Below are positions 1 through 9,222 of a stretch of 64,000 bases of DNA, piece by piece (the first letter of the stretch is position 1; each line of letters starts with the position of its first letter). Position numbers and translations under genes: made by a program. Location: NCBI GenBank assembly GCA_041671365.1, contig JBAZBP010000002.1, positions 65,052 to 129,051 of the forward strand, read 5' to 3'. Origin of the DNA: Patescibacteria group bacterium. GTDB taxonomy: Bacteria > Patescibacteriota > Patescibacteriia > Patescibacteriales > UBA12465. Under the pieces are notes generated by a model. It did no database searches and had not been told where the DNA came from. It saw only the letters and a list, made by a program, of their open reading frames with translations.

Positions 1-255
1 GACGCGCAAAGGAGCTTCGTAAGTGATATTTTTTTCACGACTTTCCACTTCCGAAAATTTTGGTTCGTCTAAATAATAATCTTCAAAATACAATTCCAAG
101 TCGCGTCCGATAAAATCAGTCACCGGATTGATTTCATCAAAGAGCTCGGCTAAGCCCTCTTTCAAAAACCATTTATAACTATCGGTCTGGATTTCAATTA
201 AATCCGGAATCGGCATAACCTCAACGACTTCAGAAAATGATTTTCGTTTAGACAT
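1..255 (-). CDS. rpoB: DNA-directed RNA polymerase beta subunit, first 85 codons (gene continues off the left edge)
   Basis: Reverse-complement translation from the ATG at 255-253 gives MSKRKSFSEVVEVMPIPDLIEIQTDSYKWFLKEGL...NITYEAPLRV, a typical RpoB N-terminus. It is absent from the ORF track because the window edge truncates it. Confidence 0.85.
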   Translation of the reverse strand, partial: MSKRKSFSEVVEVMPIPDLIEIQTDSYKWFLKEGLAELFDEINPVTDFIGRDLELYFEDYYLDEPKFSEVESREKNITYEAPLRV

Positions 256-426
256 ATGACGTATATTTAAAAATAGAAAAAATTAAAAAAAATTAAAATT
301 CATCTAAACAAAAAAATGCCCATCCCGCCTGGTCTGAGTTGCAAAAACTATTCAATTAATTGTTTTTTTGATAAATCACTTTCTTGAATAAAAAAGTGTT
401 AAGATAGCTCTATAATATTATATTTA

Positions 427-1860
427 TTATTTTTTGTCAATACACATTTTATCCACAATTTGTTCGCGAACAATCTCTCGATCATCCCAGGGTAATTTCC
501 GTCCGTTAGCCATACAAATAAATTGCTCAGCCCCTTTACCGGTTAAAAGTATCAAATCATTATCTTGTGCTAATTCTAGCGCTTTTTTAATAGCTTCACG
601 TCGATCTAAAATCTTGAATAAGTTCTTATTTATCTCTTTTCCGGCCATTTCCGCTCCGGCAGCCACGGCGTTAATTATTTTAGCCGGATCTTCATCGTAA
701 GGATCTTCATTGGTAATAATAACAAAATTTGCTTTCTCGGCCGCGAGACGCCCCAAAATCGGCCGACGAGTCTTATCGCGTCCGCCGCCGGTCGAACCTA
801 AAACGTGAATAATTTTATTATGCGGAATAAGAGAAATAACATCATATAATTTTTCCAGAGCGCGAGGTTCAAAAGAATAATCGACGATAACAGTAAAATT
901 TTGACCGGCGTCAATCTTTTCTAGTTTTCCGGCCAAACCGCGGACTCCTTCCAGACCAAGCTTAATTTTTTCTAAAGATAGATTTTGGTTGATACCGACC
1001 GCCGCCGCCGCCAAAGCATTAACGCCATTAAATTTTCCTAATAATTTTAAATTAATTTTTTGATCGTTAATAGCTAACGTTGTTCCGCTCGCACTCACTT
1101 TCATATTCGAACCCTTAACCAGGGTAAAATCTTTAACTATCGCTTCTCCGTGTAATTTTTTTATAAATAACTCTTGGGAAGCGAGCGGATCGGAAGAATA
1201 AACTATTTTAGCTTCACTCCAAAAATTTAAATAATAATCGACCGAGTCGTCGTCACCGTTAACAATAATAGTTTTGGCTACGCGAGAGAGGTCCAGTTTT
1301 TTTAATTCGCTACCGGGCTTAACTACCTGGCGAGCCTCATTAATATATTTAGTCCGACAATTTTTTAAATGAGCAAATAATTTCCCTTTAGCGGCTTTAT
1401 AATTTTCAAATCCGCCGTGCGCCTCCAAGTGTTCCGGATAAAGACCGGTAAAAACCAGCAGGTCATAATTAATGAAACGATGACGAAATTGTTTTATTCC
1501 CTCGGATGTTGTTTCGATCAGGGCGTAACGACAATTATTTTTCAACATCTGCCGTAATAAACGAGAAATAAAAAAACGCCCGGGCATGGTCATTTTTTTA
1601 TCGTTTAACCATTCGCGATTACCGTCAAAAAAAACGGCCGTCGAAGTAAACCCGGTTTTATAACCGGCTTCATTCAACATTCTGGCAATTAAATAAACCG
1701 TGGAGGTCTTGCCGGCGGTACCGGTAACGCCGATAACAATCATTTTTCGACTGGGAAACCAATAAACCAGAGCGGCGATAAAAGAAAAAATAAAATGATA
1801 AATCGGCTGCAAAAATCGAAAAACCTTCAAAGGAATTAATTTTTTTATTTTTTCCAACAT
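427..1860 (-). CDS. murE: Mur ligase, MurE-like (UDP-MurNAc-tripeptide synthetase)
   Basis: P-loop GVTGTAGKTST, ETTSEG, EHLEAHG, DYSFEP, GSTGGGRDKTRRP and TNEDPYDEDP match the order of MurE motifs. Confidence 0.75.
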   Translation of the reverse strand: MLEKIKKLIPLKVFRFLQPIYHFIFSFIAALVYWFPSRKMIVIGVTGTAGKTSTVYLIARMLNEAGYKTGFTSTAVFFDGNREWLNDKKMTMPGRFFISRLLRQMLKNNCRYALIETTSEGIKQFRHRFINYDLLVFTGLYPEHLEAHGGFENYKAAKGKLFAHLKNCRTKYINEARQVVKPGSELKKLDLSRVAKTIIVNGDDDSVDYYLNFWSEAKIVYSSDPLASQELFIKKLHGEAIVKDFTLVKGSNMKVSASGTTLAINDQKINLKLLGKFNGVNALAAAAVGINQNLSLEKIKLGLEGVRGLAGKLEKIDAGQNFTVIVDYSFEPRALEKLYDVISLIPHNKIIHVLGSTGGGRDKTRRPILGRLAAEKANFVIITNEDPYDEDPAKIINAVAAGAEMAGKEINKNLFKILDRREAIKKALELAQDNDLILLTGKGAEQFICMANGRKLPWDDREIVREQIVDKMCIDKK

Positions 1861-1879
1861 TTAATTATTATAAAAACAA

Positions 1880-4435
1880 TTATTTAGCAAAAAACATTTC
1901 ATCATCATCGTCTAGGGGGTTTGGTTTTTTAGCTGATTCCGATTTCAACTTCGACTTCGGCTCCGATTTCGGTTTCGGTTCCAGCTCCAGTTCCGACTCC
2001 GGTTCTGGTTCTGATTCTGGTTCTGATTCTGGTTCTGATTCTTCAAAATCATTCTCCTCGTCTAAAATCGTTTCAGTTTTCTTAGCTTCTTCATTTTTAA
2101 AAACCAAAACATCGTCATTTTCTTCATCGCCTTCTCCGGCCGACTCTTCTTCGCCTAAATAATTATCCGGTGCAGTCGCTTCCGCCCGATTATGGAGCGG
2201 CAAACCGCTTAGTCCGCCGCCGGTCATAGTTTCATATTGTTCGAGACTAACCATTACTTCGCGCGGCTTAGAGCCATTACTCGGTCCGATAATTCCCGCC
2301 TCTTCCAACATATCCAAAATTTTTGCCGCTCGGCCATAGCCAATTGACAGCCGGCGTTGCAACATCGAAGTCGAGGCTTTACCGGCCTTGATTATAATCA
2401 TCGAGGCCTCGGCAAATAATTCGTCCTCATCACCATGGTTGCCGTCTAAACCAACACCGGCATTGCCGCCGACTTTCTGGCGATCAGTTACGCCTTCTAA
2501 ATAATCCGCCGGACCGCTCTGATCTTTAATATAATTAACCACATCATTAATCTCACTATCGCTTAAATACGCTCCCTGAATTCTTTTCGGTTTAGAAAAT
2601 TCAGCGGACATAAATAACATATCTCCTTGTCCCAATAATTTTTCCGCGCCGGAAGAATCTAAAATTGTTTTAGAGTCAACCAAAGAGGCGACCGAAAAAG
2701 CAATTCTGGTCGGAACATTAGCTTTAATAAGCCCGGTAATAACATTAACGCTCGGCCGCTGAGTCGCTAGAATCAAATGAATACCGATAGCGCGCGACAT
2801 CTGCGCTAAACGAATAATAGCCGCTTCCATGTCCTTACCGGAGGTCATCATGAAATCGGCCAGCTCATCAATAATAAAAACTATATACGGTAATTTCTCC
2901 GGGCTAGCCGCGTTGTATGATTGAATATTTCTTTTACCAGCCTTGCTTAAAACTTCATAACGACGCTCCATCTCGTTTAAGCACCATTTTAAAGCATTGA
3001 TTGTTTTATTGGCATCAGTTATTACCGGAGTTAATAAATGTGGAATTCCGTTATATGTTAAGAGCTCTACTCGTTTAGGATCAACCATGATAAAACGTAA
3101 ATCCGCAGGATTATTTTGATATAACAAACTAACAATAATTGCATTTAAACAAACTGATTTGCCGGAGTTAGTCGCGCCGGCTACTAATAAATGAGGCATT
3201 TTGGTTAAATCATATAACCAGGCCGTTCCGGCCACATCTTTGCCGAGAGCCACATATAAATTATTCTTACGACTTTTAAAAGCACTATCTTCTAATATTT
3301 CCCGCAAACCCACAATCGCTTTAGCCCGATTAGGAACCTCCACACCCACCAGCGACTGTCCGGGAATAGGCGCTTCAATTCTAATCGGATGAGCCGCTAG
3401 CGCTAAACTCAAATCATTATTTAAAGTAGTAATGCGCGATAGCTTTACGCCTTCTGCCGGACGAAAAGTATACTGGGTTACAGTCGGTCCAACCTTGGTT
3501 TCACCCATTTCCACGACAATCCCAAATTTTTCCAATGTTTTTTGGATCTTTAATCCATTGGCCTCAATATCACCGCCATGTGCCTTGCTAAATTTATTAT
3601 TTAAAAGTTCAATCGGCATATCGATCTTTATACTGCGCTTTGGCCAAACAATTTTTTCTTGTACGGCCGATTTATTTTTTTTAAGCGCCGCCGGACTAAT
3701 TACCTCATCATCGATCGTCTCTTCAATTTTTTCTAATTTAGCCGGTATTGTTTTTTCCTGCCAAGCGCTTAAAATTTCTTCTCGCGCTTCATTAATATAC
3801 TTTTGTCCTTTATTTTCTTCTTCGGCCGAATCAAAAAATAAATTATGAAAAAAGAGTCCGAAAGGACGCAATATCTTAGCCAACAAACTTTCCCGACCGA
3901 TAATTCGAGCCAAAGAAGTATTAAAAACTAACACTAAAGCAATAAGTAAAATAGCTCCTAAGACCAAAACTCCGCCCCAAAAACCAAAGATATATAAAAA
4001 TAATTTACTTAAATATAAACCGACATAGCCCCCGCCCTGTCCCGACAAGACCGTAATCTCCCAGTTAAGCGGAGAAATAAAAAAATGAAATAAAGTTTGA
4101 TAGGAGATGAAGAGCAAAAACAAGCCCAGATAATCAGTAAATTTTAAAGGATTTTTTGTTCGACGAATAAGCAGGAGCGCCCAGTACAAAAAAATAAAAG
4201 GCACCAGCCATTTACCGTAACCAAAAATTAAAGTTAGCCATTTAGAGACAAACAGACCGAAGTGGCCGGACAAATTAAAAAGTCCCAACAGGCTAATTAG
4301 TCCTAAAAGCAGAATAATTACGATAATAATGCTCCTTTTCGCTCGCTCATCAAGATTAAACTCCGGTAAAGTTACGAAATCGAACGGATTATTCTTTTTA
4401 TGTCTGGACATAATAATAAAAAATTGAGAAACCAT
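1880..4435 (-). CDS. ftsK: DNA translocase FtsK/SpoIIIE with an acidic repeat tail
   Basis: N-terminal TM helices, Walker A GATNSGKS, IVFIIDELAD, ILATQRPS and a gamma-domain-like LQRRLSIGYGRAAKILDMLEEAGIIGP. The C-terminus is a (SEPE)n repeat. Confidence 0.9.
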   Translation of the reverse strand: MVSQFFIIMSRHKKNNPFDFVTLPEFNLDERAKRSIIIVIILLLGLISLLGLFNLSGHFGLFVSKWLTLIFGYGKWLVPFIFLYWALLLIRRTKNPLKFTDYLGLFLLFISYQTLFHFFISPLNWEITVLSGQGGGYVGLYLSKLFLYIFGFWGGVLVLGAILLIALVLVFNTSLARIIGRESLLAKILRPFGLFFHNLFFDSAEEENKGQKYINEAREEILSAWQEKTIPAKLEKIEETIDDEVISPAALKKNKSAVQEKIVWPKRSIKIDMPIELLNNKFSKAHGGDIEANGLKIQKTLEKFGIVVEMGETKVGPTVTQYTFRPAEGVKLSRITTLNNDLSLALAAHPIRIEAPIPGQSLVGVEVPNRAKAIVGLREILEDSAFKSRKNNLYVALGKDVAGTAWLYDLTKMPHLLVAGATNSGKSVCLNAIIVSLLYQNNPADLRFIMVDPKRVELLTYNGIPHLLTPVITDANKTINALKWCLNEMERRYEVLSKAGKRNIQSYNAASPEKLPYIVFIIDELADFMMTSGKDMEAAIIRLAQMSRAIGIHLILATQRPSVNVITGLIKANVPTRIAFSVASLVDSKTILDSSGAEKLLGQGDMLFMSAEFSKPKRIQGAYLSDSEINDVVNYIKDQSGPADYLEGVTDRQKVGGNAGVGLDGNHGDEDELFAEASMIIIKAGKASTSMLQRRLSIGYGRAAKILDMLEEAGIIGPSNGSKPREVMVSLEQYETMTGGGLSGLPLHNRAEATAPDNYLGEEESAGEGDEENDDVLVFKNEEAKKTETILDEENDFEESEPESEPESEPEPESELELEPKPKSEPKSKLKSESAKKPNPLDDDDEMFFAK
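2007..2042. repeat. Three tandem 12-nt units (ggttctgattct) within the degenerate repeat tract 1945-2045
   Basis: Read directly from the sequence. The tract encodes the ESEPESEPESEP tail of FtsK. Confidence 0.9.
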
Positions 4436-4550
4436 TATTAAAGCGGTTTCCGATGAATATGTTTTATTATATCATAGCCCGGGCAGATTGAAAAAGGTTG
4501 GTGAATAAAAAAGACCCGCCAGTTAAAGAAACTGACGGGGTTTTGAAAGG

Positions 4551-5402
4551 TTATATGTGCACAAAAGTATACACATAAAAAAATTTTACTGGGTCGGTCC
4601 TGTAGCCCCAACCGATAGCTGCGGATAAATCCTTATAAAGATTTGGCGTGTAGTACTGCCCAAACTCAAGATGACTAGTCTTCTTATTAGCGTTGACATA
4701 GTCAACATATAATCGACCAATCCATTTTGATGGGGAGGCATCAATGAACCCAGACCATGTTTTGTCTGAACGCCAATGAATCATGGCTGTAGAACCTAAC
4801 GCGTCAACAGTCATGGCGGCTCCACTAAGATGTTGGTTATAATACCCGGCAAGTTTGAAATCTACGCCAGCCAAGCCCTGTTGTAAACCACCACCATAGG
4901 TTGCCACCAGTTTGCCATTATAATTAACAGCATGCGTACTGGCAAACAATCCATGGCTAGAGACCCTCACTCCAGGATTACTACCCTGTGCAATAGCGAC
5001 CATAGCTCCATATTCGAATTGGCCACCAGCATTGAAAGGATTACCACGATGCAAGAAAGTAATTGGACCAGGATGATAACCGGCTTCGATACGCAATCCG
5101 CCAAAATCATTTCTTAAATAGAAATGCGTGGCAGATCCACCCCTAAAATCGGACATCATTTTACTAACCACGGTCGTTAACGGCGTCACAAATTCGAATT
5201 GTGCCGCTACTCGAGTAACTGATTCATTGGTCCACTGCTTATTATCGGGAGTATAAATTCCCATTTGAGTAAAACCAAAGTAAACCGATTTTATTTCTGG
5301 AACCTCATTATACAGAGTACCAAATATTTTTTCTTGAGCCGCTGTAAATGACACGAACAGAGACACAAATAGGGCCACGAAAATGAAAAGTGATTTTTTC
5401 AT
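4551..5402 (-). CDS. Secreted Gly/aromatic-rich protein, possibly a beta-barrel (porin-like)
   Basis: Signal peptide MKKSLFIFVALFVSLFVSFTAAQ. The mature part has alternating hydrophobic/polar stretches with many G, Y and F. The gene looks GC-richer than its neighbours. Confidence 0.5.
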   Translation of the reverse strand: MKKSLFIFVALFVSLFVSFTAAQEKIFGTLYNEVPEIKSVYFGFTQMGIYTPDNKQWTNESVTRVAAQFEFVTPLTTVVSKMMSDFRGGSATHFYLRNDFGGLRIEAGYHPGPITFLHRGNPFNAGGQFEYGAMVAIAQGSNPGVRVSSHGLFASTHAVNYNGKLVATYGGGLQQGLAGVDFKLAGYYNQHLSGAAMTVDALGSTAMIHWRSDKTWSGFIDASPSKWIGRLYVDYVNANKKTSHLEFGQYYTPNLYKDLSAAIGWGYRTDPVKFFYVYTFVHI

Positions 5403-5563
5403 TATTTTTCCTTATGTTTTAGTTGTGAATGTGCAGATTTTTTAAACTCATCTATTATCAAGTATTAATCAACAACCATTTATTGGTCGTTTGGATTAAT
5501 AGATAAGCATACACTAAATATGATATTTTGTCAAGACCTGAATAAAAGTTAATTTGTTTTACA

Positions 5564-5596
5564 AATAAAAAAACACTCGGATCACCGAGTATTTTT
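5564..5596 (-). terminator. Rho-independent terminator after the CDF gene
   Basis: Hairpin actcgg-atca-ccgagt flanked by A/T runs, with a U-run in the minus sense. Confidence 0.6.
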
Positions 5597-5598
5597 AA

Positions 5599-6639
5599 TT
5601 AATTAATCTCAATATCAATAAAGACCGCTTGCGGTACCTGTGTCCTAATTTTCTTTTCCAGGTCATCAATTTTTTTACCGACCAGGCGCGGCACTCGATC
5701 CATATAATCAACAGAAAATTTTACAAAATTCTCATAGTTTTCTTTTACCTCTTCATATTCATTTTCTAAAAAATGATGCTGCGACACTTCTTTCATTAAA
5801 GACGAGGCATTAAATTCGATATCACATTTAATCAAATACTTATCGACATCAAGTATGGCCGATTTAAAATCTAAAACTTTTTCAACGGTCGGATCCGCAT
5901 TAAGGATGTCGACGATTAATTCCATGGTCTCGACAGGGACAGATTTGGTTATCAGGTAGTTTCTGTTTTTAGCAATTAATAGAATGGCGGCAATACCCAA
6001 AAGCAGACCGATAATAATAGAACCGATGGCATCAAAATAAATTATTCCCGTAAGATAGGTTAAAATAATACTACTGGCGGCGACTAAAACGCCGATGACG
6101 GCCAGTCCGTCTTCATAAACGACTGCGAGGGTCGTCGGATCGGCTTCGGCCATAATTTTTTTAAATCTGGTTTCGGGAAAATGTTTCTTTAAATCTTTAA
6201 CCGCCAACCATAAAGTAAAAGACTCAATAATAAAAGCCGCTAAAAGAATATATAAATTCACTTGGCTAAAATGCATTTCCGGTTCACTGATTAAGGAACT
6301 GACACCGCGATAAATTGTTATGCCGCAACCGATAAAAAAAATACCGCAGGCGGAGATAAGCGCCCAGATGAATCTTTCCTTGCCGTAACCGTAAGGATAA
6401 AATTCATCCGGCTTCTTAACCGATTTTTTAACGCCAATAATTAAAAGAGATTGATTGGCGGTATCGGCTAAGCTATGAACCGTTTCGGAAAACATCGCCC
6501 CGGAACCGGTCAGGACAAAGCCAACTAGTTTAGCAATAAATACTAAAATATTACCGGTAAAAGCGGCGATAACCGGTAAGAGGCCGGAAATTTTTTGAAT
6601 TTTGCTTGATCCTTCCGGTAGAGTTTGAGGAATAATCAT
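5599..6639 (-). CDS. Cation diffusion facilitator (CDF) family metal exporter
   Basis: Six TM segments, the HSLADTANQ signature in TM2, and a C-terminal cytoplasmic domain. Confidence 0.85.
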   Translation of the reverse strand: MIIPQTLPEGSSKIQKISGLLPVIAAFTGNILVFIAKLVGFVLTGSGAMFSETVHSLADTANQSLLIIGVKKSVKKPDEFYPYGYGKERFIWALISACGIFFIGCGITIYRGVSSLISEPEMHFSQVNLYILLAAFIIESFTLWLAVKDLKKHFPETRFKKIMAEADPTTLAVVYEDGLAVIGVLVAASSIILTYLTGIIYFDAIGSIIIGLLLGIAAILLIAKNRNYLITKSVPVETMELIVDILNADPTVEKVLDFKSAILDVDKYLIKCDIEFNASSLMKEVSQHHFLENEYEEVKENYENFVKFSVDYMDRVPRLVGKKIDDLEKKIRTQVPQAVFIDIEIN

Positions 6640-6656
6640 AAATATTTATAAAAAAA

Positions 6657-6782
6657 TCGCCAGTAATCTGTAGAGCGTGCCTAGCGCCTTTTTAAGAACT
6701 AGGAAGCGAAAAGTAAAAATATATTTGAGGAGAGAGAATTCAAATTTATTCTAGACTTTTCCGCTCTACAAGTTACTGGCGA
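6657..6782 (-). promoter_or_regulatory. Structured 5' leader of the CDF gene: 21-bp closing stem, two internal hairpins and a U-tract
   Basis: tcgccagtaatctgtagagcg (6657-6677) pairs with cgctctacaagttactggcga (6762-6782). Internal hairpins are gaaaag/cttttc and cctag/ctagg. In the minus sense the stem is followed by UUUUUUU and then the ATG at 6639. A TATAAT box (minus sense) lies at 6804-6799. Confidence 0.45.
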
Positions 6783-6900
6783 CTTATTAATAGTCTATAT
6801 TATAGTAAAAATATACTAATAATAGAATACCAGAAATTTTTGATTTAGTCAAATTTAATTGTGATAATCAATTTCTAAGAATACAATCTTTAATTATATT

Positions 6901-6936
6901 CTTGGAAAAGGGCAGGTTAGAGAACGACTAACCTGC
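6901..6936 (-). terminator. Probable terminator of the upstream unknown operon
   Basis: Hairpin gcaggttag-agaacga-ctaacctgc followed by CUUUUCC in the minus sense. Confidence 0.5.
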
Positions 6937-6946
6937 GATGAATCTC

Positions 6947-7744
6947 CTATATTTTCAAATATTTGTGGTCTGAGGTTTCCACAAAATATCCCAAAATATT
7001 TAATTTTACAGGGATTATTCTATTACTAATAATTCTTATAAAAAAAATTTCCTCCTCCTCGGAAAACGGAGTTTCTTTCTTTTTTAAAAGAAAAGTCAAT
7101 AACCACACTATTTTTAGAACATATTCATTTTCCCGATGAGAGTTAATGATTCGTTCGGCAATTTTTTTAGCATTATCAGCAACAATGACGTTAATCCCAT
7201 CTGTCTCTATGGCCAATGGAGCCAATAAAACAGACCATTTTCTTATTTCCCTTTTTATTTTTTCCCTCTTTCTTTCCATAACCTCTACGGTTATAAAATA
7301 ATTAATTTCAAGCCTCAACCACGGCATAACCTTATATATAGCTCGGTCGATTGTTGTTTCCCCCTCTATTGAGATCTCTGCTGGTCTCTCAAAAGCGTTA
7401 ATTTTTTCAATTATCTTTTTTATGGTAACTGAATTGGTAATAATGTCCTCATCCGTCATGGACTCCTTTTTTTGAATCACTTCCCATCTTAACTCAGGGA
7501 AAGCTAGAGGCACAATAACACTTAATCCAATCTCTTTTCTGCTCACCTCTCTTCTTCTCTTAAAAAAGAAGAAAAAATAATATTCCTCTACTTCAACCTC
7601 CCAAATAGGAGAATACGAAGAATGCGTACCATAACCATAAGCAGAATAAGAGAAGTAATTTTTAACCAAGACTTTTAAATCTTGAGACGTTGATTTATAC
7701 CAATAACTGTCTTGATTTCCAATTTTTAACTCATACAATTTCAT
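6947..7744 (-). CDS. Hypothetical protein (265 aa)
   Basis: Long ORF with AAGGAG 5 nt before the ATG. I recognised no motif. Confidence 0.6.
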   Translation of the reverse strand: MKLYELKIGNQDSYWYKSTSQDLKVLVKNYFSYSAYGYGTHSSYSPIWEVEVEEYYFFFFFKRRREVSRKEIGLSVIVPLAFPELRWEVIQKKESMTDEDIITNSVTIKKIIEKINAFERPAEISIEGETTIDRAIYKVMPWLRLEINYFITVEVMERKREKIKREIRKWSVLLAPLAIETDGINVIVADNAKKIAERIINSHRENEYVLKIVWLLTFLLKKKETPFSEEEEIFFIRIISNRIIPVKLNILGYFVETSDHKYLKI

Positions 7745-7791
7745 TTTTCTCCTTGCCCGAATACGTCGGGACTGCGGTTTTTTGTTTTTGA

Positions 7792-8640
7792 TTATTTAGT
7801 TACTATTCCATTTAGATACTGCGCCACTTTTTTACGTAGTTGACGCAATTCTTCTGAATGGTTTTTATCCGTTTTAGGCGGATACCAATTAATTTCCCCT
7901 TCGCTAATTCCATACAATAATCTGATTTTTTTAATTATTTTCTTAATCCGATCTAACGTTTTAGCGGACGTCGTGTTATCTTCTAGAGACGCTATTCCCC
8001 CCCTATCCCAGCCGGCGCAGATAGCCAAAAATATTTTCCGCTCATTTTCGTTTAATAAGCGAATAATTTTTTCGGTTCCAGTGCCTGACCCGTCAATGTT
8101 CAAATAAATTTCATTGGTTGGATCATAAGCAAAGAGCTTGCTATCCCTACTATCATCTTCTTCATTTTCTTCGTTGAAGCGACTATTTCTATCGCTATAA
8201 CGAAAAAGTTTGGATGAAATAAAATCTTGTACGGCATATTTTGCGGCTTTTAATACATAACAGTGTCTTGAGTCCTTGCTAGCGCCCTCTGTTTTTTGAG
8301 CAATGTGTGCACTCCTTTCAACAATTCTTAAAAACGCTTCGTCACGAAAATCGACGGTTGTGATACCAAATCTCTCTTGAATCTCTCTCCGATAAAGAGG
8401 CCCCCAGTATCTTCTGGCGATAATATATGACGCCATCTTGGCGCACTCAAGTATTAACGCTAAATTATTTTTAACAAAAGAGTTATCTATTTCAACCTCT
8501 CTTTTGTGATATTCCGGCATTAAATAGCCAGACTTTTTGGCGCGATAGTAGGTCGCGCGTGATACTTTATATTTATTAACAAACTCTTGCTCAGATAAAG
8601 CAAGATCATCATTCGTTAAGTAATATTTTTTTTCTTTCAT
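7792..8640 (-). CDS. HTH protein, possibly sigma-70-like
   Basis: N-terminal HTH (VSRATYYRAKKSGY) and a C-terminal region-4-like segment (ERKIFLAICAGWDRGGIASL...TLDRIKKIIKKIR). Confidence 0.45.
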   Translation of the reverse strand: MKEKKYYLTNDDLALSEQEFVNKYKVSRATYYRAKKSGYLMPEYHKREVEIDNSFVKNNLALILECAKMASYIIARRYWGPLYRREIQERFGITTVDFRDEAFLRIVERSAHIAQKTEGASKDSRHCYVLKAAKYAVQDFISSKLFRYSDRNSRFNEENEEDDSRDSKLFAYDPTNEIYLNIDGSGTGTEKIIRLLNENERKIFLAICAGWDRGGIASLEDNTTSAKTLDRIKKIIKKIRLLYGISEGEINWYPPKTDKNHSEELRQLRKKVAQYLNGIVTK

Positions 8641-8761
8641 TTTTATTTCCTTTTTTTTATTTTAGTTATTATTTCTAAAGTCTTTTTTAAAACTCTAAAA
8701 ATAATAACTAAAATAAATCAGTCAAAAATAAAAATTCATTTTTAGCTATTCAATTTTTAAT

Positions 8762-8819
8762 GTACTCCCCTTTCGTCGTTTCCGACTCATCAGCCGAGAC
8801 GCACATCTCGGGAGGGAGG
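8762..8819 (-). ncRNA. Type III hammerhead self-cleaving ribozyme, copy A
   Basis: Minus sense: CCUCCCUC^CCGAGA-UGUGCG-UCUCGG-CUGAUGA-GUCG-GAAA-CGAC-GAAA-GGGGAG. The catalytic core is complete. Predicted cleavage is between 8812 and 8811. Confidence 0.85.
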
Positions 8820-8940
8820 ACAACGTTTGAACTGACGTCATCCCTCTTGAACCTACTGTTGCGGTGTTCCGCTTTTACTCGGCGAGACAGACAGCTCTGC
8901 CTCAAGGTTTATGCCCGAATCACACCTAATCTCTTCTCAA

Positions 8941-9222
8941 CTACCCGATGGTAGCTAAGAGCCACTTAATAGTGGCGCCTTCTGGCAGGGTTGTTATACC
9001 TTCCGAAAGACGAGGCCCGATATACTGGCCAACCAGAGCTTGATCGTCTTTTTTAAGGACAACAGTCGTTCTGTTTGCCGGTATCTCAACTCCTAAAACA
9101 CTACCAAATACCTTGGCGGTATCGGCGTGTCCGACTGCTGACATAGTATCAACAGCCAGGGTCTTAGCCTGCTCTAAAGAGATTTCTTCAACATGAATAT
9201 CAACCGGAAAGCTGACAAACAT
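8941..9222 (-). CDS. DUF1874-like (STIV B116 / YddF-like) small protein
   Basis: SAVGHADTAKVFGSVLGVEIPANR...DDQALVGQYIGPRLSEG fits my recollection of the DUF1874 core. The family-like N-terminus (LLNALSAN) continues in frame upstream of the ATG. Confidence 0.55.
   Translation of the reverse strand: MFVSFPVDIHVEEISLEQAKTLAVDTMSAVGHADTAKVFGSVLGVEIPANRTTVVLKKDDQALVGQYIGPRLSEGITTLPEGATIKWLLATIG

Noticed and set aside
1945-2045. CRISPR-like short tandem repeats.
   Set aside because: The 12-nt units have no spacers, lie inside the FtsK ORF and encode SEPE repeats. I saw no CRISPR array or cas gene anywhere in the window.
6657-6782. Assignment of the CDF leader to the yybP-ykoY (Mn) or NiCo (czcD) riboswitch classes.
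   Set aside because: The conserved strings I remember for these classes (for example GGGGAGUAG and UUGACAUA for yybP-ykoY) are absent, and the architecture is a three-way rather than a four-way junction. It is kept only as an unclassified candidate.
8760-8954. 64-aa plus-strand ORF overlapping hammerhead copy A. Similarly, 11483..11878 (+), 11862..12065 (-) and 11875..12087 (+) lie around hammerhead copy B and ORF150.
   Set aside because: The sequence is explained better as minus-strand ribozyme and flank RNA, which is conserved between the two copies at the nucleotide level with compensatory changes. No SD is present.
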